Of a stretch of DNA of 64,000 nt, positions 37,901-51,465 are shown one piece after another. This DNA is from Eledone cirrhosa. Taxonomy: Eukaryota. The position numbers were made by a program, and so were the translations under genes. Position 1 is the first letter of the stretch. The number at the start of each line of letters is the position of its first letter. The stretch spans positions 16,058,001 through 16,122,000 of the forward strand of contig OZ024740.1 of NCBI GenBank assembly GCA_964016885.1, in the 5' to 3' direction. Under the pieces are notes generated by a model. It did no database searches, was not told the origin of the DNA, and worked only from the letters and a program-made list of their open reading frames with translations.

Positions 37901-39325
37901 TCAGAGAAGAAACTTTCAGGAGAGATAGATAGCAGAAGGTCCTCAGAGAAGAAACTCTACGGAGAGTTGGACAGCAGAAGGTCTTCAGAGAAGAAACTCT
38001 CAGGAGAGCTGGACAGGAGAAGATCTTCAGAGAAGAAACTCTTATGAGAGCTGTATAGCAGAAGGTCTTCAGAGAAGAAACTCTCGGGAGAGCTGGACAG
38101 CAGAAGGTCTTTAGAGAAGAATCTCTCAGGAGAGCTAGACAGCAGAAGGTCTTCAGAGAAGAAACTGTCAGGAGAGCTGGACAGCAGAAGGTCTTCGGAG
38201 AAGAAGCTCTCGGGAGAGCTGTACAGCAGAAGGTCTTCAGAGAAGAAACTCTCAGGAGAGCTAGACAGCAGAAGGTCTTTAGAGAAGAAACTCTCAGGAG
38301 AGCTAGACAGCAGAAGGTCTTCAGAGAAGAAACTCTCAGGAGAGCTGGACAGCAGAAGGTCTTCAGAGAATAAACTCTCAGGAGAGCTGGATAGGAGAAG
38401 GTCTTCAGAGAAGAAACTCTTGGGAGAGCTGGACAGCAGAAGGTCTTTAGAGAAGAAACTGTCAGGCGAGCTAGACAGCAGAAGGTCTTCAGAGAAGAAA
38501 CTGTCAGGAGACCTGGACAGCAGAAGGTCTTCAGAGAAGAAACTCTCAGGAGAGCTAGACAGCAGAAGGTCTTCAGAGATGAAACTGTCAGGAGAGCTGG
38601 ACAGTAGGTCTTCAGAGAAGAAACTCTCGGGAGAGCTGGACAGCAGAAGGTCTTTAGAGAAGAAACTCTCAGGTGAGCTGGACAGTAGAAGGTCTTTAGA
38701 GAAGAAACTCTCAGGAGAGCTGGACAGCAGAAGCTCTTCAGAGAAGAAACTGACAGGAGAGCTGGACAGCAGAAGGTCTTTAGAGAAGAAACTCTCAGGA
38801 GAGCTGGACAGCAGAAGGTCTTCAGAAAAAAAACTGTCATGAGAGCTGGACAGCAGAAGGTCCTCAGAGAAGAAACTCTCACGCGAGCTGGACATCAGAA
38901 GGTCTTCTGAGAAGAAGCTCTCGGGAGAGCTGGACAGCAGAAGGTCTTCAGAGAAGAAACTCGCAGGAGAGCTAGACAGCAGAATGTCTTCAGAGAAGAA
39001 ACTCTCAGGAGAGATGGACAGCAGAAGGTCTTCAGAGAAGAAACTCTCAGGAGAGCTGGATAGCAGAAGGTCTTCAGAGAAGAAACTTTCGGGAGAGCTG
39101 GACAGCAGAAGGTCTTTAGAGAAGAAACTCTCAGGAGAGCTAGACAGCAGAAGGTCTTCAGAGAAGAAACTCTCAGGAGAGCTGGACAGCAGAAGGTCTT
39201 TAGAGAAGAAACTCTCAGGAGAGCTGGACAGCAGAATGTCTTCAGAGAAGAAACTCTCAGGAGAGCTATACAGCAGAATGTCTTCAGAGAAGTAACGTTC
39301 GGGAGTGCTGGACAGCAGAAGGTCT
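31945..39325. repeat. Duplication of a ~3.5 kb block at ~3.85 kb spacing (~31945-35490 and ~35830-39325)
   Basis: Offsets 3881 (32227/36108), 3880 (33130/37010) and 3838 (34119/37957, 35057/38895). Shared private variants include ctctacggag, gagtcggac, tcacgcgag and a 41-bp monomer aggtttcag. Confidence 0.9.
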
Positions 39326-39829
39326 TTAGAGAAGAAACTCTCAGGAGAGCTGAACAGCAGAAGGTCTTCAGAGAAGACACTGTCAGGAGAGCTGGACAGC
39401 AGATGGTCTTCAGAAAAGAAACTCTCAGGTAGAGCTGGACAGCAGAAGGTCTTCAGAGAAGAAACTCTGAGGAGAGCTGTACAGTAGGTCTTCAGAGAAG
39501 AAACTCTCAGGAGAGATGGACAGCAGAAGGTCTTCAGAGAGAAAACTCTCAGGAGAGCTAGACAGCAGAAGGTCTTCAGAGGAGAATCTCTCAGGAGAGA
39601 TAGACAGCAGAAGGTCTTCAGAGAAGAAACTCTCAGGAGAGCTGGATAGCAGAAGGTCTTCAGAGAAGAAACTCTTATGAGAGCTGGATAGCAGAAGGTC
39701 TTCAGAGAAGAAACTGTCAGGAGAGCTGGACAGCAGAAGGTCTTCAGAGAAGAAACTCTCAGGAGAACTAGACAGCAGAAGGTCTTCAGAGAAGAAACTC
39801 TCAGGAGAGTTGGACAGCAGAAGGTCTTC

Positions 39830-42800
39830 AGAGAAGAAACTCTCAGGAGAGCTGGACAGGAGAAGATCTTCAGAGAAGAAACTCTTAGGAGAGCTGGATA
39901 GCAGAAGGTCTTCAGAGAAGAAACTCTCGGGAGAGCTGGACAGCAGAAGGTCTTTAGAGATGAATCTCTCAGGAGAGCTAGACAGCAGAAGGTCTTCAGA
40001 GAAGAAACTGTCAGGAGAGCTGGACAGCAGAAGGTCTTCAGAGAAGAAGCTCTCGGGATGAGCTGGACAGCAGAAGGTCTTCAGAGAAGAAACTCTCAGG
40101 AGAGCTAGATAGCAGAAGGTCTTTAGAGAAGAAACTCTCAGGAGAGCTAGACAGCAGAAGGTCTTCAGAGAAGAAACTCTCAGGAGAGCTGGACAGCAGA
40201 AGGTCTTCAGAGAATAAACTCTCAGGAGAGCTGGATAGGAGAAGGTCTTCAGAGAAGAAACTCTTGGGAGAGCTGGACAGCAGAAGGTCTTTAGAGAAGA
40301 AACTCTCAGGAGAGCGAGACAGCAGAAGGTCTTCAGAGATGAAACTGTCAGGAGAGCTGGACAGTAGGTCTTCAGAGAAGAAACTCTCGGGAGAGCTGGA
40401 CAGCAGAAGGTCTTTAGAGAAGAAACTCTCACGAGAGCTGGACAGCAGAAGCTCTTCAGAGAAGAAACTGTCAGGAGAGCTGGACAGCAGAAGGTCTTTA
40501 GAGAAGAAACTCTCAGGAGAGCTGGACAGCAGAAGGTCTTCAGAAAACAAACTGTCATGAGAGCTGGACAGCAGAAGGTCCTCAGAGAAGAAACTCTCAC
40601 GAGAGCTGGACAGCAGAAGGTCTTCAGAGAAGAAACTCGCAGGAAAGCTAGACAGCAGAATGTCTTCAGAGAAGAAATTCTCAGGAAAGATGGACAGCAG
40701 AAGGTCTTCAGAGAAGAAACTCTCAGGAGAGCTGGATAGCAGAAGGTCTTCAGAGAAGAAACTCTTATGAGAGCTGGATAGCAGAAGGTCTTCAGAGAAG
40801 AAACTGTCAGGAGAGCTGGACAGCAGAAGGTCTTCAGAGAAGAAACTCTCAGGAGAGCTAGACAGCAGAAGGTCTTCAGAGAAGATACTCTCACGAGAGC
40901 TGGATAGCAGAAGGTCTTCAGAGAAGAAACTCTCAGGAGAGCTGGACAGCAGAAGGTCTTCAGAGAAGAAACTCTCAGGAGAGCTGGACAGCAGAAAGTC
41001 TTTAGAGGAGAAACTCTCAGGAGAGCTAGACAGCAGAAGGTCTTCAGTGAAGAAACTCTCCGGAGAGCTGGACAGCAGAAGGTCTTCAGAGAAGAAACTC
41101 TGAGGATAGCTGGACAGCAGAAGGTCTTCAGAGAAGAAACTCTGAGAAGAGTTGTACAGTAGGTTTTCAGAGAAGAAACTCTCAGGAGAGCTGGACAGCA
41201 GAGGGTCTTCTGAGAAGAAACTCTAAGGAGAGCTGGACAGCAGAAGGTCTTTAGAGAAGAAACTGTCAGGAGAGCTGGCCAGCAGAAGGTCTTCAGAGAA
41301 GAAACTGTCAGGAGAGCTGCACAGCAGAAGGTCTTTAAAGAAGAATCTCTCAGGAGAGCTGGACAGCAGAAGGTCTTCAGAAAAGAAACTCTCAGGAGAG
41401 CTAGACAGCAGAATGTCTTCAGAGAAGAAACTCTCACGAGAGCTGGACAACAGAAGGTCTTCAGAGAAGAAGCTCTCGGGAGAGCTGTACAGCAGAAGGT
41501 CTTCAGAGAATAAACTCTCAGGAGAGCTGGATAGGAGAAGGTCTTCAGAGAAGAAACTCTTGGGAGAGCTGGACAGCAGAAGGTCTTTAGAGAAGAAACT
41601 CTCAGGAGAGCTGAACAGCAGAAGGTCTTCAGAGAAGAAACTCTCGGGAGAGCTGGACGGCAGGTCTTTAGAGAAGAAACTCTCAGGAGAGCTAGACAGC
41701 AGAAGGTGTCCAGAGAAGAAACTGTTATGAGAGCTGGACAGCAGAAGGTCTTTAGAGAAGAAACTGTCAGGAGAGCTGGACAGCAGAAGGTCTTCAGAGA
41801 AGAAACTCTCAGGAGAGCTAGACAGCAGAAGGTCTTCAGAGAAGAAACTCTCAGGAGAGCTGGACAGAAGAAGGTCTTCAGAGAAGAAACTCTCAGGAGA
41901 GCTGGACAGCAGAAGGTCTTCAGAAAAGAATCTCTCATGAGAGCTGGACAGCAGAAGGTCTTCAGAGAAGAAACTCTCAGGAGAGCTAGACAGCAGAAGG
42001 TTTTCAGAGAAGAAACTCTAGGGAGAGCTGGACAGCAGAAGGTCTTCAGAGAAGAAACTCTCAGGAGAGCTGGACAGGAGAAGATCTTCAGAGAAGAAAC
42101 TCTTAGGAGAGCTGGATAGCAGAAGGTCTTCAGAGAAGAAACTCTCGGGAGAGCTGGACAGCAGAAGGTCTTTAGAGATGAATCTCTCAGGAGAGCTAGA
42201 CAGCAGAAGGTCTTCAGAGAAGAAACTGTCAGGAGAGCTGGACAGCAGAAGGTCTTCAGAGAAGAAGCTCTCGGGAGAGCTGGACAGCAGAAGGTCTTCA
42301 GAGAAGAAACTCTCAGGAGAGCTAGATAGCAGAAGGTCTTTAGAGAAGAAACTCTCAGGAGAGCTAGACAGCAGAAGGTCTTCAGAGAAGAAACTCTCAG
42401 GAGAGCTGGACAGCAGAAGGTCTTCAGAGAATAAACTCTCAGGAGAGCTGGATAGTAGAAGGTCTTCAGAGAAGAAACTCTTGGGAGAGCTGGACAGCAG
42501 AAGGTCTTTAGAGAAGAAACTGTCAGGCGAGCTAGACAGCAGAAGGTCTTCAGAAAAGAAACTGTCAGGAGACCTGGACAGCAGAAGGTCTTCAGAGAAG
42601 AAACTCTCAGGAGAGCGAGACAGCAGAAGGTCTTCAGAGATGAAACTGTCAGGAGAGCTGGACAGTAGGTCTTCAGAGAAGAAACTCTCGGGAGAGCTGG
42701 ACAGCAGAAGGTCTTTAGAGAAGAAACTCTCAGAAGAGCTGGACAGTAGAAGGTCTTTAGAGAAGAAACTCTCACGAGAGCTGGACAGCAGAAGCTCTTC

Positions 42801-44260
42801 AGAGAAGAAACTGTCAGGAGAGCTGGACAGCAGAAGGTCTTTAGAGAAGAAACTCTCAGGAGAGCTGGACAGCAGAAGGTCTTCAGAAAACAAACTGTCA
42901 TGAGAGCTGGACAGCAGAAGGTCCTCAGAAAGAAACTCTCACGAGAGCTGGACAGCAGAAGGTCTTCAGAGAAGAAACTCGCAGGAAAGCTAGACAGCAG
43001 AATGTCTTCAGAGAAGAAACTCTCAGGAAAGATGGACAGCAGAAGGTCTTCAGAGAAGAAACTCTCAGGAGAGCTGGATAGCAGAAGGTCTTCAGAGAAG
43101 AAACTCTTATGAGAGCTGGATAGCAGAAGGTCTTCAGAGAAGAAACTGTCAGGAGAGCTGGACAGCAGAAGGTCTTCAGAGAAGAAACTCTCAGGAGAGC
43201 TAGACAGCAGAAGGTCTTCAGAGAAGAAACTCTCAGGAGAGCTGGACAGCAGAAGGTCTTCAGAGAAGAAACTCTCAGGAGAGCTGGACAGCAGAAAGTC
43301 TTTAGAGGAGAAACTCTCAGGAGAGCTAGACAGCAGAAGGTCTTCAGTGAAGAAACTCTCCGGAGAGCTGGACAGCAGAAGGTCTTCAGAGAAGAAACTC
43401 TGAGGATAGCTGGACAGCAGAAGGTCTTCAGAGAAGAAACTCTGAGAAGAGTTGTACAGTAGGTTTTCAGAGAAGAAACTCTCAGGAGAGCTGGACAGCA
43501 GAGGGTCTTCTGAGAAGAAACTCTAAGGAGAGCTGGACAGCAGAAGGTCTTTAGAGAAGAAACTGTCAGGAGAGCTGGCCAGCAGAAGGTCTTCAGAGAA
43601 GAAACTGTCAGGAGAGCTGCACAGCAGAAGGTCTTTAAAGAAGAAACTCTCAGGAGAGCTGGACAGCAGAAGGTCTTCAGAAAAGAAACTCTCAGGAGAG
43701 CTAGACAGCAGAATGTCTTCAGAGAAGAAACTCTCACGAGAGCTGGACAACAGAAGGTCTTCAGAGAAGAAGCTCTCGGGAGAGCTGTACAGCAGAAGGT
43801 CTTCAGAGAATAAACTCTCAGGAGAGCTGGATAGGAGAAGGTCTTCAGAGAAGAAACTCTTGGGAGAGCTGGACAGCAGAAGGTCTTTAGAGAAGAAACT
43901 CTCAGGAGAGCTGAACAGCAGAAGGTCTTCAGAGAAGAAACTCTCGGGAGAGCTGGACGGCAGGTCTTTAGAGAAGAAACTCTCAGGAGAGCTAGACAGC
44001 AGAAGGTGTCCAGAGAAGAAACTGTTATGAGAGCTGGACAGCAGAAGGTCTTTAGAGAAGAAACTGTCAGGAGAGCTGGACAGAAGAAGGTCTTCAGAGA
44101 AGAAACTCTCAGGAGAGCTGGACAGCAGAAGGTCTTCAGAAAAGAATCTCTCATGAGAGCTGGACAGCAGAAGGTCTTCAGAGAAGAAACTCTCAGGAGA
44201 GCTAGACAGCAGAAGGTTTTCAGAGAAGAAACTCTAGGGAGAGCTGGACAGCAGAAGGTC
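39830..44260. repeat. Tandem duplication of ~2.2-2.3 kb
   Basis: Offsets 2343 (40557/42900), 2300 (41223/43523, 41413/43713, 41706/44006) and 2216 (42018/44234). Shared variants include gaaagtc, tgaggatagc and ggaaagatgg. Confidence 0.88.
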
Positions 44261-44984
44261 TTCAGAGAAGAAACTCAGGAGAGCTAGACAGCAGAATGTC
44301 TTCAGAGAAGAAACTCTCGGGAGTGCTGGACAGCAGAAGGTCTTTAGAGAAGAAACTCTCAGGAGAGCCAGACAGCAGAAGGTCTTCAGAGAAGAAACTC
44401 TCAGGAGAGATGGACAGCAGAAGGTCTTCTGAGAAGAAACTCTCAGGAGAGCTAGACAGCAGAAGGTCTTCAGAGAAGAAACTCTCAGGAGAGCTAGACA
44501 GCAGAAGGTCTTCAGAGAAGAAACTCTAGGGAGAGCTGGACAGCAGAAGGTCTTCAGAGAAGAAACTCTCACGAGAGCTGGACAGCAGAAGCTCTTCAGA
44601 GAAGAAACTCTCGGGAGTGCTGGACAGCAGAAGGTCTTTAGAGAAGAAACTCTCAGGAGAGCTGGACAGAAGAAGGTCTTCAGAGAAGAAACTCTCAGGA
44701 GAGATAGACAGCAGAAGGTCTTCAGAGTAGAAACTCTCAGGAGAGCTTGACAGCAGAAGGTCTTCAGAGAAGAAACTCTCAGGAGAGATGGATAGCAGAA
44801 GGTCTTTAGAGAAGAAACTTTCGGGAGAGCTGGACAGCAGGAGGTCTTTAGAGAAGAAACTCTCAGGAGAGCTGGACAGCAGAAGGTCTTCAGAGAAGAA
44901 ACTGTCAGGAGAGCTGGACAGCAAAAGGTCTTCAGAGAAGAAACTCTCAGGAGAGCTGGACAGCAGAAGGTCTTCAGAGAAGAA

Positions 44985-47900
44985 ACTGTCAGGAGAGCTG
45001 GACAGCAGAAGGTCTTCAGAGAAGAAACTCTGAGGAGAGCTGGACAGCAGAAGGTCTTCAGAGAAGAAACTGTCAGGAGAGCTGAACAGCAGAAGGTCTT
45101 CAGGGAAGAAACTCTCAGGAGAGTTAGACAGCAGAATGTCTTCAGAGAAGTAACTTTCGGGAGTGCTGGACAGCAGAAGGTCTTTAGAGAAGAAACTCTC
45201 AGGAGAGCTAGACAGCAGGTCTTCAGAGAAGACACTGTCAGGAGAGCTGGACAGCAGATGGTCTTCAGAGAAGAAACTCTCAGGCGAGCTGGACAGCAGA
45301 AGGTCTTCAGAGAAGAAACTCTGAGGAGAGCTGGACAGCAGAAGGTCATCAGAGAAGAAACTCTCAGGAGAGCTGTACAGTAGGTCTTCAGAGAAGAAAC
45401 TCTCAGGAGAGCTGGACAGCAGAAGGTCTTCAGAGAAGAAACTTTCAGGAGAGATAGATAGCAGAAGGTCCTCAGAGAAGAAACTCTAAGGAGAGTTGGA
45501 CAGCAGAAGGTCTTCAGAGAAGAAACTCTCAGGAGAGCTGGACAGGGGAAGATCTTCAGAGAAGAAACTCTTATGAGAGCTGGATAGCAGAAGGTCTTCA
45601 GAGAAGAAACTCTCGGGAGAGCTGGACAGCAGAAGGTCTTTAGAGAAGAATCTCTCAGGAGAGCTAGACAGCAGAAGGTCTTCAGAGAAGAAACTGTCAG
45701 GAGAGCTGGACAGCAGAAGGTCTTTGGAGAAGAAGCTCTTGGGAGAGCTGGACAGCAGAAGGTCTTCAGAGAAGAAACTCTCAGGAGAGCTAGACAGCAG
45801 AAGGTCTTTAGAGAAGAAACTCTCAGGAGAGCTAGACAGCAGAAGGTCTTCAGAGAAGAAACTCTCAGGAGAGCTGGACAGCAGAAGGTCTTCAGAGAAT
45901 AAACTCTCAGGAGAGCTGGATAGGAGAAGGTCTTCAGAGAAGAAACTGTCAGGAGAGCTGGACAGCAGAAGGTCTTTGGAGAAGAAGCTCTTGGGAGAGC
46001 TGGACAGCAGAAGGTCTTTAGAGAAGAAACTGTCAGGCGAGCTAGACAGCAGAAGGTCTTCAGAGAAGAAACTGTCAGGAGACCTGGACAGCAGAAGGTC
46101 TTCAGAGAAGAAACTCTCAGGAGAGCTAGACAGCAGAAGGTCTTCAGAGATGAAACTGTCAGGAGAGCTGGACAGTAGGTCTTCAGAGAAGAAACTCTCG
46201 GGAGAGCTGGACAGCAGAAGGTCTTTAGAGAAGAAACTCTCAGGTGAGCTGGACAGTAGAAGGTCTTTAGAGAAGAAACTTTCAGGAGAGCTGGACAGCA
46301 GAAGGTCTTTAGAGAAGAATCTCTCAGGAGAGCTAGACAGCAGAAGGTCTTCAGAGAAGAAACTGTCAGGAGAGCTGGACAGCAGAAGGTCTTTGGAGAA
46401 GAAGCTCTTGGGAGAGCTGGACAGCAGAAGGTCTTCAGAGAAGAAACTCTCAGGAGAGTTGGACAGCAGAAGGTCTTCAGAGCAGAAACTCTCAGGAGAG
46501 CTGGACAGGAGAAGATCTTCAGAGAAGAAACTCTTATGAGAGCTGGATAGCAGAAGGTCTTCAGAGAAGAAACTCTCGGGAGAGCTGGACAGCAGAAGGT
46601 CTTTAGAGAAGAATCTCTCAGGAGAGCTAGACAGCAGAAGGTCTTCAGAGAAGAAACTGTCAGGAGAGCTGGACAGCAGAAGGTCTTTGGAGAAGAAGCT
46701 CTTGGGAGAGCTGGACAGCAGAAGGTCTTTAGAGAAGAAACTGTCAGGCGAGCTAGACAGCAGAAGGTCTTCAGAGAAGAAACTGTCAGGAGACCTGGAC
46801 AGCAGAAGGTCTTCAGAGAAGAAACTCTCAGGAGAGCTAGACAGCAGAAGGTCTTCAGAGATGAAACTGTCAGGAGAGCTGGACAGTAGGTCTTCAGAGA
46901 AGAAACTCTCGGGAGAGCTGGACAGCAGAAGGTCTTTAGAGAAGAAACTCTCAGGTGAGCTGGACAGTAGAAGGTCTTTAGAGAAGAAACTTTCAGGAGA
47001 GCTGGACAGCAGAAGCTCTTCAGAGAAGAAACTGACAGGAGAGCTGGACAGCAGAAGGTCTTTAGAGAAGAAACTCTCAGGAGAGCTGGACAGCAGAAGT
47101 TCTTCAAAAAACAAACTGTCAGGACAGCTGGACAGCGGAAGGTCTTTAGAGAAGAAACTCTCAGGAGAGCTGAACAGCAGAAGGTCTTCAGAGAAGAAGC
47201 TCTCGGGAGAGCTGGACAGCAGGTCTTTAGAGAAGAAACTCTCAGGAGAGCTAGACAGCAGAAGGTGTCCAGAGAAGAAACTGTTATGAGAGCTGGACAG
47301 CAGAAGGTCTTTAGATAAGAAACTGTCAGGAGAGCTGGACAGCAGAAGGTCTTCAGAAAAGAATCTCTCATGAGAGCTGGACAGCAGAAGGTCCTCAGAG
47401 AAGAAACTCTCACGAGAGCTGGACAACAGAAGGTCTTCAGAGAAGAAGCTCTCGGGAGAGCTGGACAGCAGAAGGTCTTCAGAGAAGAAACTCGCAGGAG
47501 AGCTAGACAGCAGAATGTCTTCAGAGAAGAAACTCTCAGGAGAGATGGACAGCAGAAGGTCTTCAGAGAAGAAACTCTCAGGAGAGCTGGATAGCAGAAG
47601 GTCTTCAGAGAAGAAACTTTCGGGAGAGCTGGACAGCAGAAGGTCTTTAGAGAGGAAACTCTCAGGAGAGCTAGACAGCAGAAGGTCTTCAGAGAAGAAA
47701 CTCTCAGGAGAGCTGGACAGCAGAAGGTCTTCAGAGAAGAAACTCTCAGGAGAGCTAGACAGCAGAATGTCTTCAGAGAAGTAACTTTCGGGAGTGCTGG
47801 ACAGCAGAAGGTCTTTAGAGAAGAAACTCTCAGGAGAGCTAAACAGCAGAAGGTCTTCAGAGAAGACACTGTCAGGAGAGCTGGACAGCAGATGGTCTTC

Positions 47901-50900
47901 AGAAAAGAAACTCTCAGGTAGAGCTGGACAGCAGAAGATCTTCAGAGAAGAAACTCAGGAGAGCTGGACAGCAGAAGGTCTTCAGAGAAGAAACTTTGAG
48001 GAGAGCTGGACAGCAGAAGGTCTTCAGAGAAGAAACTCTGAGGAGAGCTGTACAGTAGGTCTTCAGAGAAGAAACTCTCAGGAGAGATGGACAGCAGAAG
48101 GTCTTCAGAGAAAAAACTCTCGGGAGAGCTAGACAGCAGAAGGTCTTCAGAGGAGAAACTCTCAGGAGAGATAGACAGCAGAAGGTCTTCAGAGAAGAAA
48201 CTCTCAGGAGAGCTGGATAGCAGAAGGTCTTCAGAGAAGAAACTCTTATGAGAGCTGGATAGCAGAAGGTCTTCAGAGAAGAAACTGTCAGGAGAGCTGG
48301 ACAGCAGAAGGTCTTCAGAGAAGAAACTCTGAGGAGAGCTGGACAGCAGAAGGTCTTCAGAGAAGAAACTGTCAGGAGAGCTGGACAGCAGAAGGTCTTC
48401 AGGGAAGAAACTCTCAGGAGAGCTAGACAGCAGAATGTCTTCAGAGAAGTAACTTTCGGGAGTGCTGGACAGCAGAAGGTCTTTAGAGAAGAAACTCTCA
48501 GGAGAGCTAGACAGCAGGTCTTCAGAGAAGACACTGTCAGGAGAGCTGGACAGCAGATGGTCTTCAGAGAAGAAACTCTCAGGCGAGCTGGACAGCAGAA
48601 GGTCTTCAGAGAAGAAACTCTGAGGAGAGCTGGACAGCAGAAGGTCATCAGAGAAGAAACTCTCAGGAGAGCTGTACAGTAGGTCTTCAGAGAAGAAACT
48701 CTCAGGAGAGCTGGACAGCAGAAGGTCTTCAGAGAAGAAACTTTCAGGAGAGATAGATAGCAGAAGGTCCTCAGAGAAGAAACTCTAAGGAGAGTTGGAC
48801 AGCAGAAGGTCTTCAGAGAAGAAACTCTCAGGAGAGCTGGACAGGGGAAGATCTTCAGAGAAGAAACTCTTATGAGAGCTGGATAGCAGAAGGTCTTCAG
48901 AGAAGAAACTCTCGGGAGAGCTGGACAGCAGAAGGTCTTTAGAGAAGAATCTCTCAGGAGAGCTAGACAGCAGAAGGTCTTCAGAGAAGAAACTGTCAGG
49001 AGAGCTGGACAGCAGAAGGTCTTTGGAGAAGAAGCTCTTGGGAAAGCTGGACAGCAGAAGGTCTTCAGAGAAGAAACTCTCAGGAGAGCTAGACAGCAGA
49101 AGGTCTTTAGAGAAGAAACTCTCAGGAGAGCTAGACAGCAGAAGGTCTTCAGAGAAGAAACTCTCAGGAGAGCTGGACAGCAGAAGGTCTTCAGAGAATA
49201 AACTCTCAGGAGAGCTGGATAGGAGAAGGTCTTCAGAGAAGAAACTGTCAGGAGAGCTGGACAGCAGAAGGTCTTTGGAGAAGAAGCTCTTGGGAGAGCT
49301 GGACAGCAGAAGGTCTTTAGAGAAGAAACTGTCAGGCGAGCTAGACAGCAGAAGGTCTTCAGAGAAGAAACTGTCAGGAGACCTGGACAGCAGAAGGTCT
49401 TCAGAGAAGAAACTCTCAGGAGAGCTGGACAGTAGGTCTTCAGAGAAGAAACTCTCGGGAGAGCTGGACAGCAGAAGGTCTTTAGAGAAGAAACTCTCAG
49501 GTGAGCTGGACAGTAGAAGGTCTTTAGAGAAGAAACTTTCAGGAGAGCTGGACAGCAGAAGGTCTTTAGAGAAGAATCTCTCAGGAGAGCTAGACAGCAG
49601 AAGGTCTTCAGAGAAGAAACTGTCAGGAGAGCTGGACAGCAGAAGGTCTTTGGAGAAGAAGCTCTTGGGAGAGCTGGACAGCAGAAGGTCTTCAGAGAAG
49701 AAACTCTCAGGAGAGTTGGACAGCAGAAGGTCTTCAGAGAAGAAACTCTCAGGAGAGCTGGACAGGAGAAGATCTTCAGAGAAGAAACTCTTATGAGAGC
49801 TGGATAGCAGAAGGTCTTCAGAGAAGAAACTCTCGGGAGAGCTGGACAGTAGAAGGTCTTTAGAGAAGAATCTCTCAGGAGAGCTAGACAGCAGAAGGTC
49901 TTCAGAGAAGAAACTGTCAGGAGAGCTGGACAGCAGAAGGTCTTTGGAGAAGAAGCTCTTGGGAGAGCTGGACAGCAGAAGGTCTTTAGAGAAGAAACTG
50001 TCAGGCGAGCTAGACAGCAGAAGGTCTTCAGAGAAGAAACTGTCAGGAGACCTGGACAGCAGAAGGTCTTCAGAGAAGAAACTCTCAGGAGAGCTAGACA
50101 GCAGAAGGTCTTCAGAGATGAAACTGTCAGGAGAGCTGGACAGTAGGTCTTCAGAGAAGAAACTCTCGGGAGAGCTGGACAGCAGAAGGTCTTTAGAGAA
50201 GAAACTCTCAGGTGAGCTGGACAGTAGAAGGTCTTTAGAGAAGAAACTTTCAGGAGAGCTGGACAGCAGAAGCTCTTCAGAGAAGAAACTGACAGGAGAG
50301 CTGGACAGCAGAAGGTCTTTAGAGAAGAAACTCTCAGGAGAGCTGAACAGCAGAAGGTCTTCAGAGAAGAAGCTCTCGGGAGAGCTGGACAGCAGGTCTT
50401 TAGAGAAGAAACTCTCAGGAGAGCTAGACAGCAGAAGGTGTCCAGAGAAGAAACTGTTATGAGAGCTGGACAGCAGAAGGTCTTTAGATAAGAAACTGTC
50501 AGGAGAGCTGGACAGCAGAAGGTCTTCAGAAAAGAATCTCTCATGAGAGCTGGACAGCAGAAGGTCCTCAGAGAAGAAACTCTCACGAGAGCTGGACAAC
50601 AGAAGGTCTTCAGAGAAGAAGCTCTCGGGAGAGCTGGACAGCAGAAGGTCTTCAGAGAAGAAACTCGCAGGAGAGCTAGACAGCAGAATGTCTTCAGAGA
50701 AGAAACTCTCAGGAGAGATGGACAGCAGAAGGTCTTCAGAGAAGAAACTCTCAGGAGAGCTGGATAGCAGAAGGTCTTCAGAGAAGAAACTTTCGGGAGA
50801 GCTGGACAGCAGAAGGTCTTTAGAGAGGAAACTCTCAGGAGAGCTAGACAGCAGAAGGTCTTCAGAGAAGAAACTCTCAGGAGAGCTGGACAGCAGAAGG

Positions 50901-51465
50901 TCTTCAGAGAAGAAACTCTCAGGAGAGCTAGACAGCAGAATGTCTTCAGAGAAGTAACTTTCGGGAGTGCTGGACAGCAGAAGGTCTTTAGAGAAGAAAC
51001 TCTCAGGAGAGCTAAACAGCAGAAGGTCTTCAGAGAAGACACTGTCAGGAGAGCTGGACAGCAGATGGTCTTCATAAAAGAAACTCTCAGGTAGAGCTGG
51101 ACAGCAGAAGATCTTCAGAGAAGAAACTCAGGAGAGCTGGACAGCAGAAGGTCTTCAGAGAAGAAACTTTGAGGAGAGCTGGACAGCAGAAGGTCTTCAG
51201 AGAAGAAACTCTGAGGAGAGCTGTACAGTAGGTCTTCAGAGAAGAAACTCTCAGGAGAGATGGACAGCAGAAGGTCTTCAGAGAAAAAACTCTCGGGAGA
51301 GCTAGACAGCAGAAGGTCTTCAGAGGAGAAACTCTCAGGAGAGATAGACAGCAGAAGGTCTTCAGAGAAGAAACTCTCAGGAGAGCTGGATAGCAGAAGG
51401 TCTTCAGAGAAGAAACTCTTATGAGAGCTGGATAGCAGAAGGTCTTCAGAGAAGAAACTGTCAGG
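44985..51465. repeat. Tandem duplication of ~3.2-3.3 kb
   Basis: Offsets 3299 (45486/48785, 45724/49023), 3257 (46687/49944) and 3173 (47370/50543, 47914/51087). A further partial copy lies at ~57650-59520. Confidence 0.88.
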